This document shows, in pieces, positions 13,272-24,240 of a DNA stretch of 64,000 nucleotides (its first letter is position 1; every line of letters starts with the position of its first letter). The stretch covers positions 66,900,001 through 66,964,000 of the forward strand of contig NW_024704742.1 of NCBI RefSeq assembly GCF_018977255.1, in the 5' to 3' direction. Position numbers and translations under genes: made by a program. The notes below the pieces were generated by a model. That model was not told the origin of the DNA and did not search any database. It saw only the letters and a program-made list of their open reading frames with translations. Origin of the DNA: Callorhinchus milii (taxonomy: Eukaryota).

Positions 13272-13899
13272 CTACAAACAAAGGTTAAAATTGTTTGGTT
13301 GCAAAATGCTGAAACAATCAATGATATTATTTGGATTCATATTTCTTTGGTTAAAAATGGTTCTCTCACTGAAAAACTGAATCTTTAAATGAAAGAATGT
13401 TTTTGTATTTTCACATAGGAAAATAAATCACTGACTATTTGTTTGGGAAGAGAAAGGCTGACTTTCTGAAATGTCAACAATTTCCAGAAAAACACTGACT
13501 CATCAATGATGTAACTAAAATGTTCTAATCCAACAGTTTATTTACAACAGTGAATGTCCAGCCAGGCTGCAAGAAAAAGCATCATATAGCAACTTGTCAA
13601 TATTTGATTCAGACTAAAATAACCATAAGCATGTTGCAGAGGAGAATAGATTTTAAAAGTCAACCTTTTCTAACACATTACTGTACTATTTAATCACAAA
13701 CCACCTCAGGGGAGGGGGAGAGGAGAATACAAACCCGAAACATTGCTGCTTTGTTTAGACAAACCAATTAATTTAATAGGAATCTGACTCCCATTGCAGT
13801 GTAGGCCGCAGCATAAAATAGCAGAACATTAAATAGTAGTGTTTACGAAATAAGATACTCTCATTTGGTTTTATACTTCTGTAATGGGTCCCAACTTTA

Positions 13900-13990
13900 C
13901 ACGAATCATAGAAAGTTGACAACACAAAAAGAGGCCATTCTGCCCATCGCAGCTGCCCCACTGAAGCCTGTTACTGTCTTCCCATTCCCC
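13900..13990 (-). mobile_element. CR1 3' tail fragment in MAEA intron 1
   Basis: GAATCATAGAA..GAGGCCATTCTGCCCATC. Other CR1 3' scraps at about 20750-21030(+), 26245-26450(+), 27510-27590(-), 33470-33615(+) and 63795-63908(+). Confidence 0.7.
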
Positions 13991-14199
13991 TACTTTCTCT
14001 CCTCCCCCAATGTTCTTTTGAGCTTCTTCTCAGTATAATGACAGTCTGAACATTTTTGTTTACAATTTCCGGGTCGCTCACAAGGACCACAGTTGCTCTC
14101 AGTTTGCCGAACCTCACAAAGGGGGGAAAAAAAAACCTGACAAGTGAATGTGACATTTTGTATTGAACATTAATCGCAAGCAGCACCGTGGCATTCTCG

Positions 14200-14788
14200 C
14201 CATCCTCCCCCTCCCGAACAGCCACACACAGAATACATCGATTACCGTTTTACATAAAAGAGAGAAAACCAACCACCGCGCGGTTTGGTTTCACCTTGAA
14301 TTCGGCACTGGGTGGGGGCGGTGACACAAACGATTTGCCTCGGAAAAATAGCTGCAAAAGAGGTTGAAACGGCCTCTTTTTTTTTCCCCCCCTCCCCTCA
14401 GTCAGCGACTAAAAAAGGTCGTGTTTTCACTCAAAAATAGCAGCCCTTCTTTCTGCTCAGAAAATGGGTGAAGCAGCCGAGGATGGGGGGTGGGGGGTGG
14501 GGGGGACACGGACAGGCGCGGCGGCCTCGGGGTTCACCAACAGCCGTACCTTCAGAGTGGGGTATTCCTGCACCTTTAACGCCATCGAGAGCTGAGCAGC
14601 GGACTCCTGCACCGCCATCTTATCTCAACTATCAATACTCCGAGGCAACATGGGTAGACCAGACCGGACGTGAGGGCGACAGACAGACAAGACAGACAGA
14701 GACGGAGGGAGAGAGAGAGAGGGAGAGAGGAAGAGGATGTTTGCGAGAGTGAGAAAAAAAGCGTGAGAGAAAATCAGAGAAAAAAAGG

Positions 14789-14821
<33 letters not shown>

Positions 14822-15560
14822 GAGTGTTAGTGAAAAAAAATGAGAGAGAAAGGGAGAATGTGTGTGTGTGTGTGTGTGTGTCAGAGAGGAGGGGAATCGG
14901 ATGGGGTTTATTCAAAGGCAAAAAGTTTGTCCCCGTTCGTCAATCAACTTCGTCGAAGTCAAACCGACTTTTTTTTAAAAAATACGAAAACCGAGTGGAG
15001 CGCGAGACGACAGTTCATCTTCTTCTTCCTCCTCTTCCTCCTCCTCCCCCTCCCCCCGGGCGCGGAGAAAGAAACGAGTTAATTTAACAGAAAGTTTACG
15101 GGGCCAGAGTTTCGTGTGTGTGTGTGTGTATATATATATATAATATGTATATAAAAGTAATGATTTCCTCTGCTGTGGCTCCGCTTTCCCCCTTCGTTTT
15201 GCTGGTCAGCCTGACGTCACGGGGGAGAGCGCAGCCCAACACACCTGACGTGAAGCTGCCGTCATCCTCGCCCCCTCCCCCTCGCTCTCCCAAACAGCCA
15301 ATCACCCGCGCGCACTGCTGATAGACGTATACACTGACCAACCCAACCTGCTTAGTAGAGCGGAAGTTCCACCCTTCAACTCCCCCCTCCCACCCCCGGG
15401 CCGCGTGGAGCCACGGGACAATAAGACAATAGGATGCGCACGGCTCTTCGTCCCGCCCATGCGCCGCCCTCAATATTGATCGATGTACATTCTGACCAAT
15501 CGGAAGATTCAGCGCAGCAAATGCCTCCACTCCCGCCCCGCCCCCGCCTGGGATTTTGAT
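14200..15560. promoter_or_regulatory. MAEA CpG-island promoter
   Basis: CpG-rich. Perfect CRE TGACGTCA at 15212-15219 and TGACGTGA at 15246-15253; CCAAT boxes at 15298-15302 and 15496-15500; ETS GCGGAAGT at 15360-15367; GC boxes at 15531-15548; YY1-type AAGATGGCGG over the start codon. GA/GT microsatellites occupy 14680-14890 and 15113-15150. Confidence 0.8.
14550..14618 (-). CDS. MAEA: MAEA (CTLH/GID E3 ligase subunit, Gid9 orthologue) coding exon 1, [23 protein letters not shown]
   Basis: Manual translation of the reverse complement: aagATGGCG start (A at 14618), 69 nt = 23 codons, then donor AAG|gtacgg. The peptide is near-identical to the vertebrate MAEA N-terminus as I recall it. Confidence 0.97.
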
Positions 15561-16234
15561 CGACGTGTGAACAGATGCTGTAGGTATTTCTCAGTGATGA
15601 CCAGGACAGAGAATGACAAGTTCAGCCTCGTGTGAGGGGACTGTGTTTCCCCACAAACAGCAGCCACGATGGAACACCAGGACATAAACCAAGAGGCACA
15701 TTGCTGTGCGCACCAGCAGATTGCCATCCAGCTTCCTGGTGGGGTTTTTGCAATAATCCAGAGATGTTTTGTCAACTCTATAATTGACCAGACCGGCTGC
15801 AGCTGCTGCAGACATTAAGCAAAGCACCGTGATACCGTATAGATAAAGCATAGCTGTTGAATGTCCCACCTGTGAGCTGTACACAATGAGAATCCCCTAT
15901 ACAGTCAATTCACTTTACAGTGTGTTCTGTGAAGCGCTTTGGGACGTCCTCCCGACGTGAAAAGCGCTATATCAAATGCAAGGATTATTATTATTATTGT
16001 GGCTGCCAACACTGCAGCTCCCAGAACTGGACCTGCCATTAGACTGTAGGTCCTAAAGGTAACCTTCAGAGCTCTGTGCTCTTCCAGGGAACGCCCCAAA
16101 GTTCTTCCACATAACGTAAAACATGGCAGATGCAAAGACGTGGAACTCAATGTTGAACGGGTACATATAATGGGAACTGTTGTAGAAAATAGCGCAGGCA
16201 TTTCTATTGCAGCTGCAATTTGATCCAGTGTCAC
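15560..16234 (-). pseudogene. OTOP1: Otopetrin (OTOP1-like proton channel) pseudo-exon, equivalent to the 5' part of the large penultimate OTOP1 exon; frameshifted, SINE-interrupted and 3'-truncated
   Basis: Acceptor atttctttgtag| at 16234, phase 1. Stitched translation: DTGSNCSCNRNACAIFYNSSHYMYPFNIEFHVFASAMFYVMWKNFG / RSLEEHRALKVTFRTYSLMAGPVLGAAVLAATI / [SINE] GILIVYSSQVGHSTAMLYLYGITVLCLMSAAAAAGLVNYRVDKTSLDYCKNPTRKLDGNLLVRTA / SWFMSWCSIVAAVCGETQSPHTRLNLSFSVLVITEKYLQHLF. This is colinear with recalled OTOP1 motifs CNC..YLYPFNIEY..LYVLWKNIG, GAVLGLTVLAATI, YLYAITLL, SLDESKNPARKLD, SWLISWGSI and EKYIQNLF. Ortholog versus paralog is unresolved. Confidence 0.9.
15898..15998 (+). mobile_element. 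5'-truncated SINE tail inserted into the OTOP1-like exon
   Basis: ACAGTCAATTCACTTTACAGT..GCGCTTTGGGACGTCCTCCCGACGTGAAAAGCGCTATATCAAATGCAAGG(ATT)n; otopetrin homology resumes on both sides. Confidence 0.9.
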
Positions 16235-17138
16235 CTACAAAGAAATGGAATGAAGCATTAACTTGAAATTGGGCCCGAGATTACTTGGTAACAAAAGTCT
16301 ACTTACTGTTGGCATCCTTAAAATATCATTGTAAATTCCTGTTTATTTTTGGTAGGCACTTTGTAATAACCCTTCAAGTCCCTATTCAAATGTATTTTCA
16401 AGTCATTTTGCAATTGCATTGCAATTTTTGTTACCAAAATGAGTGCCTTATCACATCAAAACATCCTTCATAAATGTAAATTATATTCAATCATGAAACG
16501 TCTGAAAGCACTTCACAGGTAATTGCTGTCAAGCGTAGTGACTGTTTTTTTCACAAGCAAACATGTCCGTCATTTACAGCAGCAAGATCCCAAAGACTGG
16601 CATGGGAAAAATAGCTAATCTACGTGGGATAGCTAGTTAAACACAACAGCAAGCAGTTTTGGGTCCAACATTTTCACAAAATCAGGGCAGGGAAGAGGGG
16701 GAGTTTACCTAATGAGCTAATCCACTGGGATATTTCCAGGACCAGAATATCTGCCAATGTAATAATAATCACCCTTCTAATTACGACACTGAAAATCACA
16801 TTCTCTCCATATTTCTATTTTTCTTTGATTCTTCATACAAAGACACTCCACTCATTAAAAGAACATCTACTTTATTCACTCTATGGTTGTCTGGGACATT
16901 GCTTTGCGTAAAATTGTCCCCTACAAAACAGTGACTTTACAGTATATTCTGCAAAGCGCTTTGGGATGTCCTCCCGACATTAAAGTTGCTAGACCATTTG
17001 TAAGGATTAATATTATCTATTAGTTAGGATTAACATACATTATTCCCAATTGAATCTCCAAATTTTTGGTCGTTGGAAGACATCTATCATGAAATGATTA
17101 AAGCTTATGTTGAAGCAATGGAAAAGATCCCAAAATGA

Positions 17139-17258
<120 letters not shown>

Positions 17259-19650
17259 TGAAAGGTACAATGCCTTTCACATAAAGCATGTCTCAAAATG
17301 TTGATGGATGTAATGGTGAGCACCAATAATAATAAAAAATAATCCCTGCGTTTGATTTAACATGTATAATGTCAAATTGTAGAAAAAGTGTTTTACAGCA
17401 ATTAAGTGCAGTGACTGCGTATTTGTAGGCAAACTCAGCAGCCAATATGTGCACAAACCATGTCTGACAAAGAGCCAGGTGGTGACTGACAATTTATGAT
17501 TAAAGCACAATCAAATAGTTATGTAAGATACATCATTTTTATGCCATGGTTCACTTGATGGAATGAATTGTTCTCATCTCCTATTGTTATTCTCGCCACC
17601 TCTTTTCCCATTTTCAGGTCTCAGCAGAGGACCTTTCTTTTTGACTGCGTCTTTGGTCATCTTCTTCACCTGAGATTGGGCCCGAAACCACTATTTCATC
17701 TCCCTCAACTCCTATATCCCTCTCCCCACTGCCTCCAAACGTACCACCATCTCCTACCACCCCTGGAAGAAGATCTCCCCGCAATCCCTCTCCGATGCCC
17801 TGGAGTCCTCTGAACTCCTTACACTCCAGCTCACCTCCTGCACCAACTCATCCTCTGCATTTAGTCTCCTCCACAGCACCCTCTCCACCACACTCGACAC
17901 CCTTGCCCCTATCGCCTCCCGAACTGCTTCCTATTCCCGATCCTCACCCTGGTTCACCAGTAAAGATCAATGCTGATTTATAGCTGACAAGTGTTTGTGC
18001 AAGCCATTTTTAAGAAAATTGTCTTTGGGTCGAGATCAGCTTACCTGCTTTACAGTCAACGTCAGCTCATCTCATCAAAAACAGCACTTTGAAATTGTTG
18101 ACATTGTTGACTTCCCTAACTACCTTAAAGACCCTTCTCTTCGATCATATCTACAGTCATTTCCCCTCTTCCCTCGATTGGGCTACTAACTATGCAAACC
18201 TTTCTCCAAAACACTCCAAGGTGCTATCCTGCATGAAGGCTATTATATAAATGCAAGTAATTGTTTTGAATGGGTTTGAGCTTGCCAGGCTGTGATCGGC
18301 TGCACCAATTACCGATTGCTAGATGGTTCTACGGACGATGTGAATGTAACTGATTTGGGCGGGAAAACAAAAACTAAATGACAATAATTATTTCAATACT
18401 TGTCCACCAGAATTTCAACCAATAGACTGGAAACAAGTAAATGTGGATGTTTTATTCAGAGTTGTAAACGTTACATCTGTCAACTATAGACACATTTGTC
18501 TGATCTTAATAAATGGAAAACGCATTAAAACGCACTGGAAGATTATCTGTATGAAAATAGCCCAATAAATGACAGTATGATAGGAGGATAAACCCTGTCA
18601 CTACCTTTTATGGTCATTGATGATCAACCTATGTTAAGGGAGCTAACAAGGGCTGGTTTTAACTTTTGTGATAATTGAGCACCAGCTCGCACGGATAATT
18701 GAGCACCAGTATAAAGCTGGGGGCTTGGGCATATCTGCAGAAGGTTGACGTGGAGCTCCCTTGCTAAAATCAACCTTTTTTTTTTTGGTGTGTGACCCAA
18801 ATCCTCCTACAGCCATGAGAACTTGGAGTCCAGATGATTTTATTACTTGAGTTCTTTAGGAAACTGCTTAATATTGGGTTTGGAAGACTAAAGGATAGAT
18901 ACTTTGGTAAGTAAACAAACATATTTTCCTTCTGTTCAAAAAATAGTCCCTTCCTGGATTGTTTTGTGCCTGTGTGAAGTAATACATTTTTCCACAATGT
19001 CTGATGACAATCCCTGCACCATGCCCCTCTGGGTTCTTCTGGTCAACCAGTTACATATACATTGTAACTCTTTTGCACTAATTCCTGCCTTCTTTACTTT
19101 CAGTAGCAGCCTCTTGAGCGATTAAAGGCCTTACTAAAATCCAGATATAAAACATCCACAGCCTTATTGAGTTCCTTTGTCAAACCATCAAAGAAAAGCA
19201 GTAAATTTAGATTGGCAAAACGTGTCCTTCATGAACCGATATTGGCTATCATTTGTAACTTTATTTCTGCCCAGGTACACTGTGATTTTATCTTTAATAA
19301 GAGTCCCCAAAATTGTGTGTCAAGCTGGCTTAGTTGGTAGCACTCTCACCTCTGAGTCAGAAGCTTGAGGGACTTGATCTCATGAGCTGAGATCTCCCTT
19401 GCCGGAACTCAAACTCACATAGTCTAAGATAATACTCCAGTGCAGTGGTGTAAGTGTTTTGCATTCTTGGATGAGACATTCAATTGAGGTCCAATCTGCC
19501 TGTTTGCCACAACATGAAAAAAGCAAGGGAGTTTCTCCCAGGGTCCTGACATGAAGGTAATGGAAAATTGTGTGCCCATGGAAAGCAAAAGTACCATGCT
19601 TAAAGGCACTCTTGCCTGGTTGGACGGAGCTACAAAGCAACTCATCAAAA

Positions 19651-19844
19651 GGAAAAAAGCATTTAAGGCCAATGAAGGAAAATGACACAGAGTTACGTCA
19701 GATTCAATACCAGAAGACACGCGAGGACTGTTTCTAAAAAAATAAAAGGAATCAGAATGGCGTCAAACTTTGCATGTCTTCTGGTATTGAATCTGATGTA
19801 ACTCTGTGCTGTTTTCCTTCATTGGCCTTCAATGCTTCTTTTCC
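19651..19844. repeat. Long inverted repeat (arms 19651-19724 and 19770-19844, 45-nt spacer)
   Basis: The arms are reverse complements with only a handful of mismatches, e.g. AAGGCCAATGAAGGAAAA..CACAGAGTTAC.TCAGATTCAATACCAGAAGACA. Confidence 0.92.
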
Positions 19845-21936
19845 GTTATTGTCTTAAACAGCTCTTTGGCTCGGACTATGGTGTGAGACTATGGTAAATG
19901 GAATCTTGTTGTTGAGAGGGTTGAACGCTTTTTGGAATGTGCCTCTGTTGAGAGTGTGGGTAAGGAACATAGCACAGGTATGTTTGACTCGTATACAGTA
20001 TTTGTGCAGCGCCATGAGGAACAAGAAGTAAGAATGATTTGAGCTCCTTGATTATATTCAAGAATGATATTGTTGATTCTTCAATGTGATATAAATTGTC
20101 ATAGCAATATCACAATGGATATGTTCCAATGAAATTGTGTGTAAGGCTGGCTCAGATGGTACGACTGGCAACTCTGGGTCTTAGGGTTGTGAGTTGGGCC
20201 CAGTCTTGTTTTTGAATACAGTTTATAATCCTGACAAATCTGAAATCTGTTTTTAAACTGTTTTTGAATACAGTTTATAATCCTGACAAAACTTTGAAAG
20301 AAATAATCATGATTAAATACAATAACTGCAAGCATGCGTACTGCTAACTGTGCTCCCTGCTCCGTTGCGTCGCCCGATTAACCACTTACAAGGATTGAAC
20401 GAGTTCAGAGAATATACATTCCATTAGTATAATCTTGGGCCCAACCTCCTCTTTGTCCCTTGTACTGTTCGCTCCGCCTTCAGACACTCCAGTTCGAAAT
20501 TCTGGAACTTCTTCCCTCAATCCCTCCACCTTGTCCCCTCCCTCCTCACTTTCAAATCCCACCTAAAGAACTTCCTTTTTGATCGTTTCTTACGGTCACC
20601 TCCCCTTTCCCCCTGGCTTGGGGTCAGACTCCACCACTGTCGAGGGCTCTGTGATGCTATCCCGCCTGACGGGCGCTATATAAATGCAAGATGTTGTTGT
20701 TGCGTAATTTGTGTAAGTGCAGTGAAAGAGGACTCTTTTTGCCTGGTTGGAACTAGGAAGGTTGTGGGGTGATCGATCTGATTTGACAAGAATCACAGGT
20801 CATTGAGTCAGTAACCAGAGGGCATCGATTTAACAATAGTGAGTAAACAAACAAAATAGAGAGGTGAGAAGAAACACGCACAGAGTTCAGGGTCCATATT
20901 TGCCTTCAAGAAGGAACTGGACAAAGAAAAGTCAGCTGCAATGATGGGGGTTAAAGGGCAGGTAAATGGTACTGAAAAGATTGCTCTTAAAGGCGTGAGC
21001 ATGGATACAATGGGCCAGATGTTCCTCCACCTCCCACAACAAAAACACACACCAGTCCCTTCAACAACAACTTGCATTCACAGGATAGCGTCCCAGAGCG
21101 CTTAACAGTGCAGAGCACAAGGCCAAGTAGGAGGAGGTGACCCTAAGCACAGTTGAGGAGGGTCTATTTCAGCACCTTGGGATATCCTCCCGACGTAAAA
21201 GATGCAATACAAATGTAATTTTGTGTTTGTTGTTGAAAGCCCAGCCACCAATGGTTGAACGCTCCGAGACGCGTGTCCGGCGTGGAGGGCGCTATATAAA
21301 TCCAAGTTGTTGTTGTTGTTGAACGGATTCCTCACCCACCCACCACCAGCCCCTCCCACTCAGACACCACCAGCCTCTCCCCCATTAAACACCAGCCCCT
21401 AAACTCATTGAGAAAATGCTGTTGATCCGGTCATTACCTTTTGTCCTTTTGATATAGGAGATGTGTGTGTGTGTGTGTGTGCGATGGGGGCAAAAAAAAA
21501 AACTGCGCCTTTGAATGAGTCGTGTATTAGTTGCGTCTTTTCAGGAAATTATGTTGCCAATGTAAACTTGGTGTCTTCTGATCAGAAATAATAAAATGCA
21601 ATGTTCCCGAGGACAGAATGGTTTGATGAACAAAGTAGGAGAGAGGGAGGAGGACTGGTCCTGCTGTGCAACACCAAGTTACTGAAAACAAACGTGGGAC
21701 TGGCCCTTTGCAAGTGTCCTGGGTCGGGAATGGTGGGTTGTGGTGATGTATTTGTATTGAGAGTCTGTGTTGGTGCACACGAGGGAGGAGAGAGCGAGGG
21801 AGGAATTTGTTAAATGTCACAATTGTAGCGTTATTGCTCACTGTGTTGGAATTGGGAAGAGACCAAAGACAGGCAAGTCAGGACTACCCGACAACAGTTT
21901 GTGCAGATTTCCTAAGCAATGTTTGTGAAACTTCAA

Positions 21937-22055
21937 TGGGGTGTGTGTGTTTGTGTGGTGGGGGGTGTGAGGGGTGGGTGGGTGGTGTGTGTGTGGTGGG
22001 TGTGTGGGGGGGGGTGTGGGGGGGTGTGTGGGGGGGGGGGTGTGGGGGGGGGGGG
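21937..22055 (+). repeat. GT/G-run low-complexity tract with G-quadruplex potential
   Basis: Multiple long G runs separated by TGT linkers. Confidence 0.9.
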
Positions 22056-22180
22056 CTGCCAGGGTCCACGCGTGTAGAGAAACATGTGTTGTGGGCAGAT
22101 GTTCGCAGTTATCAGGATTGCACTCAAAACGAAGCCAACACGTATGTGCATGTTCAGGAGGTGAAGGATCGTTGGGTCAT

Positions 22181-22214
<34 letters not shown>

Positions 22215-22749
22215 TGTCTCTGCCTTCCCCCAACTCCATAAACTCGTGTGATATTTTTTTTTAAAAAAAAGCACGAAACTCGGTTCTGTTTTCCGTCTCC
22301 GAGATCTGAAAAACACACCCGAAAGAAGTCGGATTTCCCCTTCGCTGTCACCATTGCGACGGTCAGTAGTTTGCAGGGCTCCGGGTTTGCAGCTTGTGAT
22401 GTGTTGGGGACTGAATGCTTCGGTCCCGATCTATTTAAATCTTATAGCTCCGCAAACGTTACCGGTTCCCTCACCGGTGAATGCAATAATCAGATTTTTT
22501 TTTTTTAAACGCGTTGGTGTTAAAACAAATTAGACCTCACCATTTCCTTGTGGCATAGGGACACTTGAACTAACTCTGACCCCCCTTTTTTTTTCCCCCC
22601 CTTCTGTTTATTGCAATTAACAGTTTGTTGAGCGGGGTCTGTGGGTGTTGGTGGGTGTTTTCCTCCCCTCTGGGTGTCCCGCGGGGTTTTTCACGCAGTT
22701 ATTTTTTTACCCAAAAAATAAATAAAATAAATGCGATGTTTATTAGCAG

Positions 22750-23764
22750 TTTCCAGCAGAGGGTCAAATGATGTGCATCGCATCACACGCCGTTGTTCCG
22801 CAGATGTTGTAAACGTCGAGAGCGGACTTTCCTCTCCGGTGAAGGAGGCAGCAGAGCCCGGGGAGGGGGAGGGGGAGAGGGGAGAGGACCGGGTGCGTGT
22901 GCAGAGAGGCGTCGCATCTGGAGGGCAAAAGCGGAGGATGGAATCTGTCCGCTTTGTGCGGTGTGTGGACTTTGCGGGGAGTGGGGGGGAGGGGAGGAGG
23001 GAGGGGGGGGGGTGTTCATCGGAACAGTGCCGCTGTAATTGCCGGAGTTGCGCGGGGAGGGAAGCCGCTGTGGGGGCACTGTGGCTGTGGGGGCACTGTG
23101 GCTGTGGGGGCACTGTGGCTGTGGGGGCACTGTGCTGTGGCTGTGGGGGCACTGGGCTGTGCTGTGGCTGTGGGGGCACTGGGCTGTGGCTGTGGCTGTG
23201 GGGCACTGTGGCTGTGGCTGTGGGGCACTGTGGCTGTGCTGTGGCTGTGGGGGCACTGTGGCGGCACTGTGGCTGTGGGGGCACTGTGCTGTGGCTGTGC
23301 TGGCTGTGGGGGCACTGTGGCTGTGGCTGTGGCTGTGGGGGCACTGGGCTGTGGCTGTGCTGTGGCTGTGGGGGCACTGGGCTGTGGCTGTAGCTGTGGC
23401 TGTGGGGGCACTGTGGCTGTGGGGGCACTGTGGCTGTGGGGGCACTGTGGCTGTGGGGGCACTGTGGCTGTGGGGGCACTGTGGCTGTGGGGGCACTGTG
23501 GCTGTGGGGGCACTGTGGCTGTGGGGGCACTGTGGCTGTGGCTGTGCTGTGGCTGTGCTGTGGGGGCACTGTGGCTGTGGCTGTGCTGTGGCTGTGCTGT
23601 GGGGGCACTGTGGCTGTGCTGTGGCTGTGGGGGCACTGTGGCTGTGGGGGCACTGTGCTGTGGCTGTGCTGTGGGGGCACTGTGCTGTGGGGGCACTGTG
23701 GCTGTGGGGGCACTGTGCTGTGGCTGTGCTGTGGGGGCACTGTGTTTGCTGTGCGTTGAAAAAG
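22750..23764 (+). other. CTBP1: Candidate CTBP1 non-coding exon 1 (start approximate), containing the minisatellite
   Basis: Lies in a CpG-rich island and ends at a good donor AAAG|gtacgt (GT at 23765). The TSS cannot be fixed from sequence alone. Confidence 0.5.
23067..23744 (+). repeat. G-rich minisatellite: 17-bp unit GCTGTGGGGGCACTGTG with interspersed GCTGT/GCTGTG units
   Basis: Directly visible tandem array; it produces the long low-complexity ORFs in the track. Confidence 0.97.
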
Positions 23765-24106
23765 GTACGTGAGATCTCGTCCGCGTTCCTCCCCTCAGTT
23801 TGCAGGGGATCAGCTGCCCCCGAGAGCTCAGTCAGTCACTCGCCCTGTGGCCGCTCGGGGGCCACTTTCGCCATATTTTTGTTGATTCAGATCCACTGAA
23901 GGTGATGGGAGTGACTTCTCCAGAGTCCATTCCCCTCCCAACCTTCTCTCTCTCTCTCTCTCTCTTTCTCTATCTCTTTTAACCTTCCGTTTCGTCATCG
24001 AGAGCCTCGACTTGTGTTTCAATAGAAATGTATTTTTTTTTAAAAAAACGCACACCCTCTGCCTTCGGGAGTTGTGTTTGACACAGCGTTTCACAGCACT
24101 CATCGG

Positions 24107-24240
24107 GCAGCACCGCACAGCACAGTACAGTACAGTACAGCACAGTACAGTACAGCACAGCACCGCACAGCACCGCACCGCACAGCACAGTACCGCACCG
24201 CACAGTACCGCACAGCACAGCACCGCACAGCACAGTACAG
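24107..24240 (+). repeat. Pentamer microsatellite (CAGCA/CAGTA/CCGCA)n
   Basis: Directly visible. Confidence 0.95.

Larger units (their letters stand above)
22060..23900. promoter_or_regulatory. CpG-rich promoter region of the plus-strand CtBP gene
   Basis: Elevated CpG and GC content relative to the AT-rich flanks, G-runs, and a CTCF-like CCAGCAGAGGG at about 22753. Lies upstream of the CtBP exons. Confidence 0.65.

Noticed and set aside
15905..16234. 109-aa track ORF as an intact small gene
   Set aside because: Its first half is out of frame with the otopetrin homology and its end is SINE sequence; it is explained by the pseudogene.
23067..23744. CRISPR-like array
   Set aside because: Tandem units without unique spacers, no cas genes, and a vertebrate context.
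22691..23899. Long ORFs (220-349 aa) on both strands
   Set aside because: They are low-complexity translations of the minisatellite with no recognisable protein family; only the ATG-22938 uORF is kept as a hypothesis.
24070..24110. Hammerhead-like CCGATGAG..GAAAC on the minus strand
   Set aside because: The core is CCGATGA rather than CTGANGA, and stem II and the flanking stems do not form convincingly.
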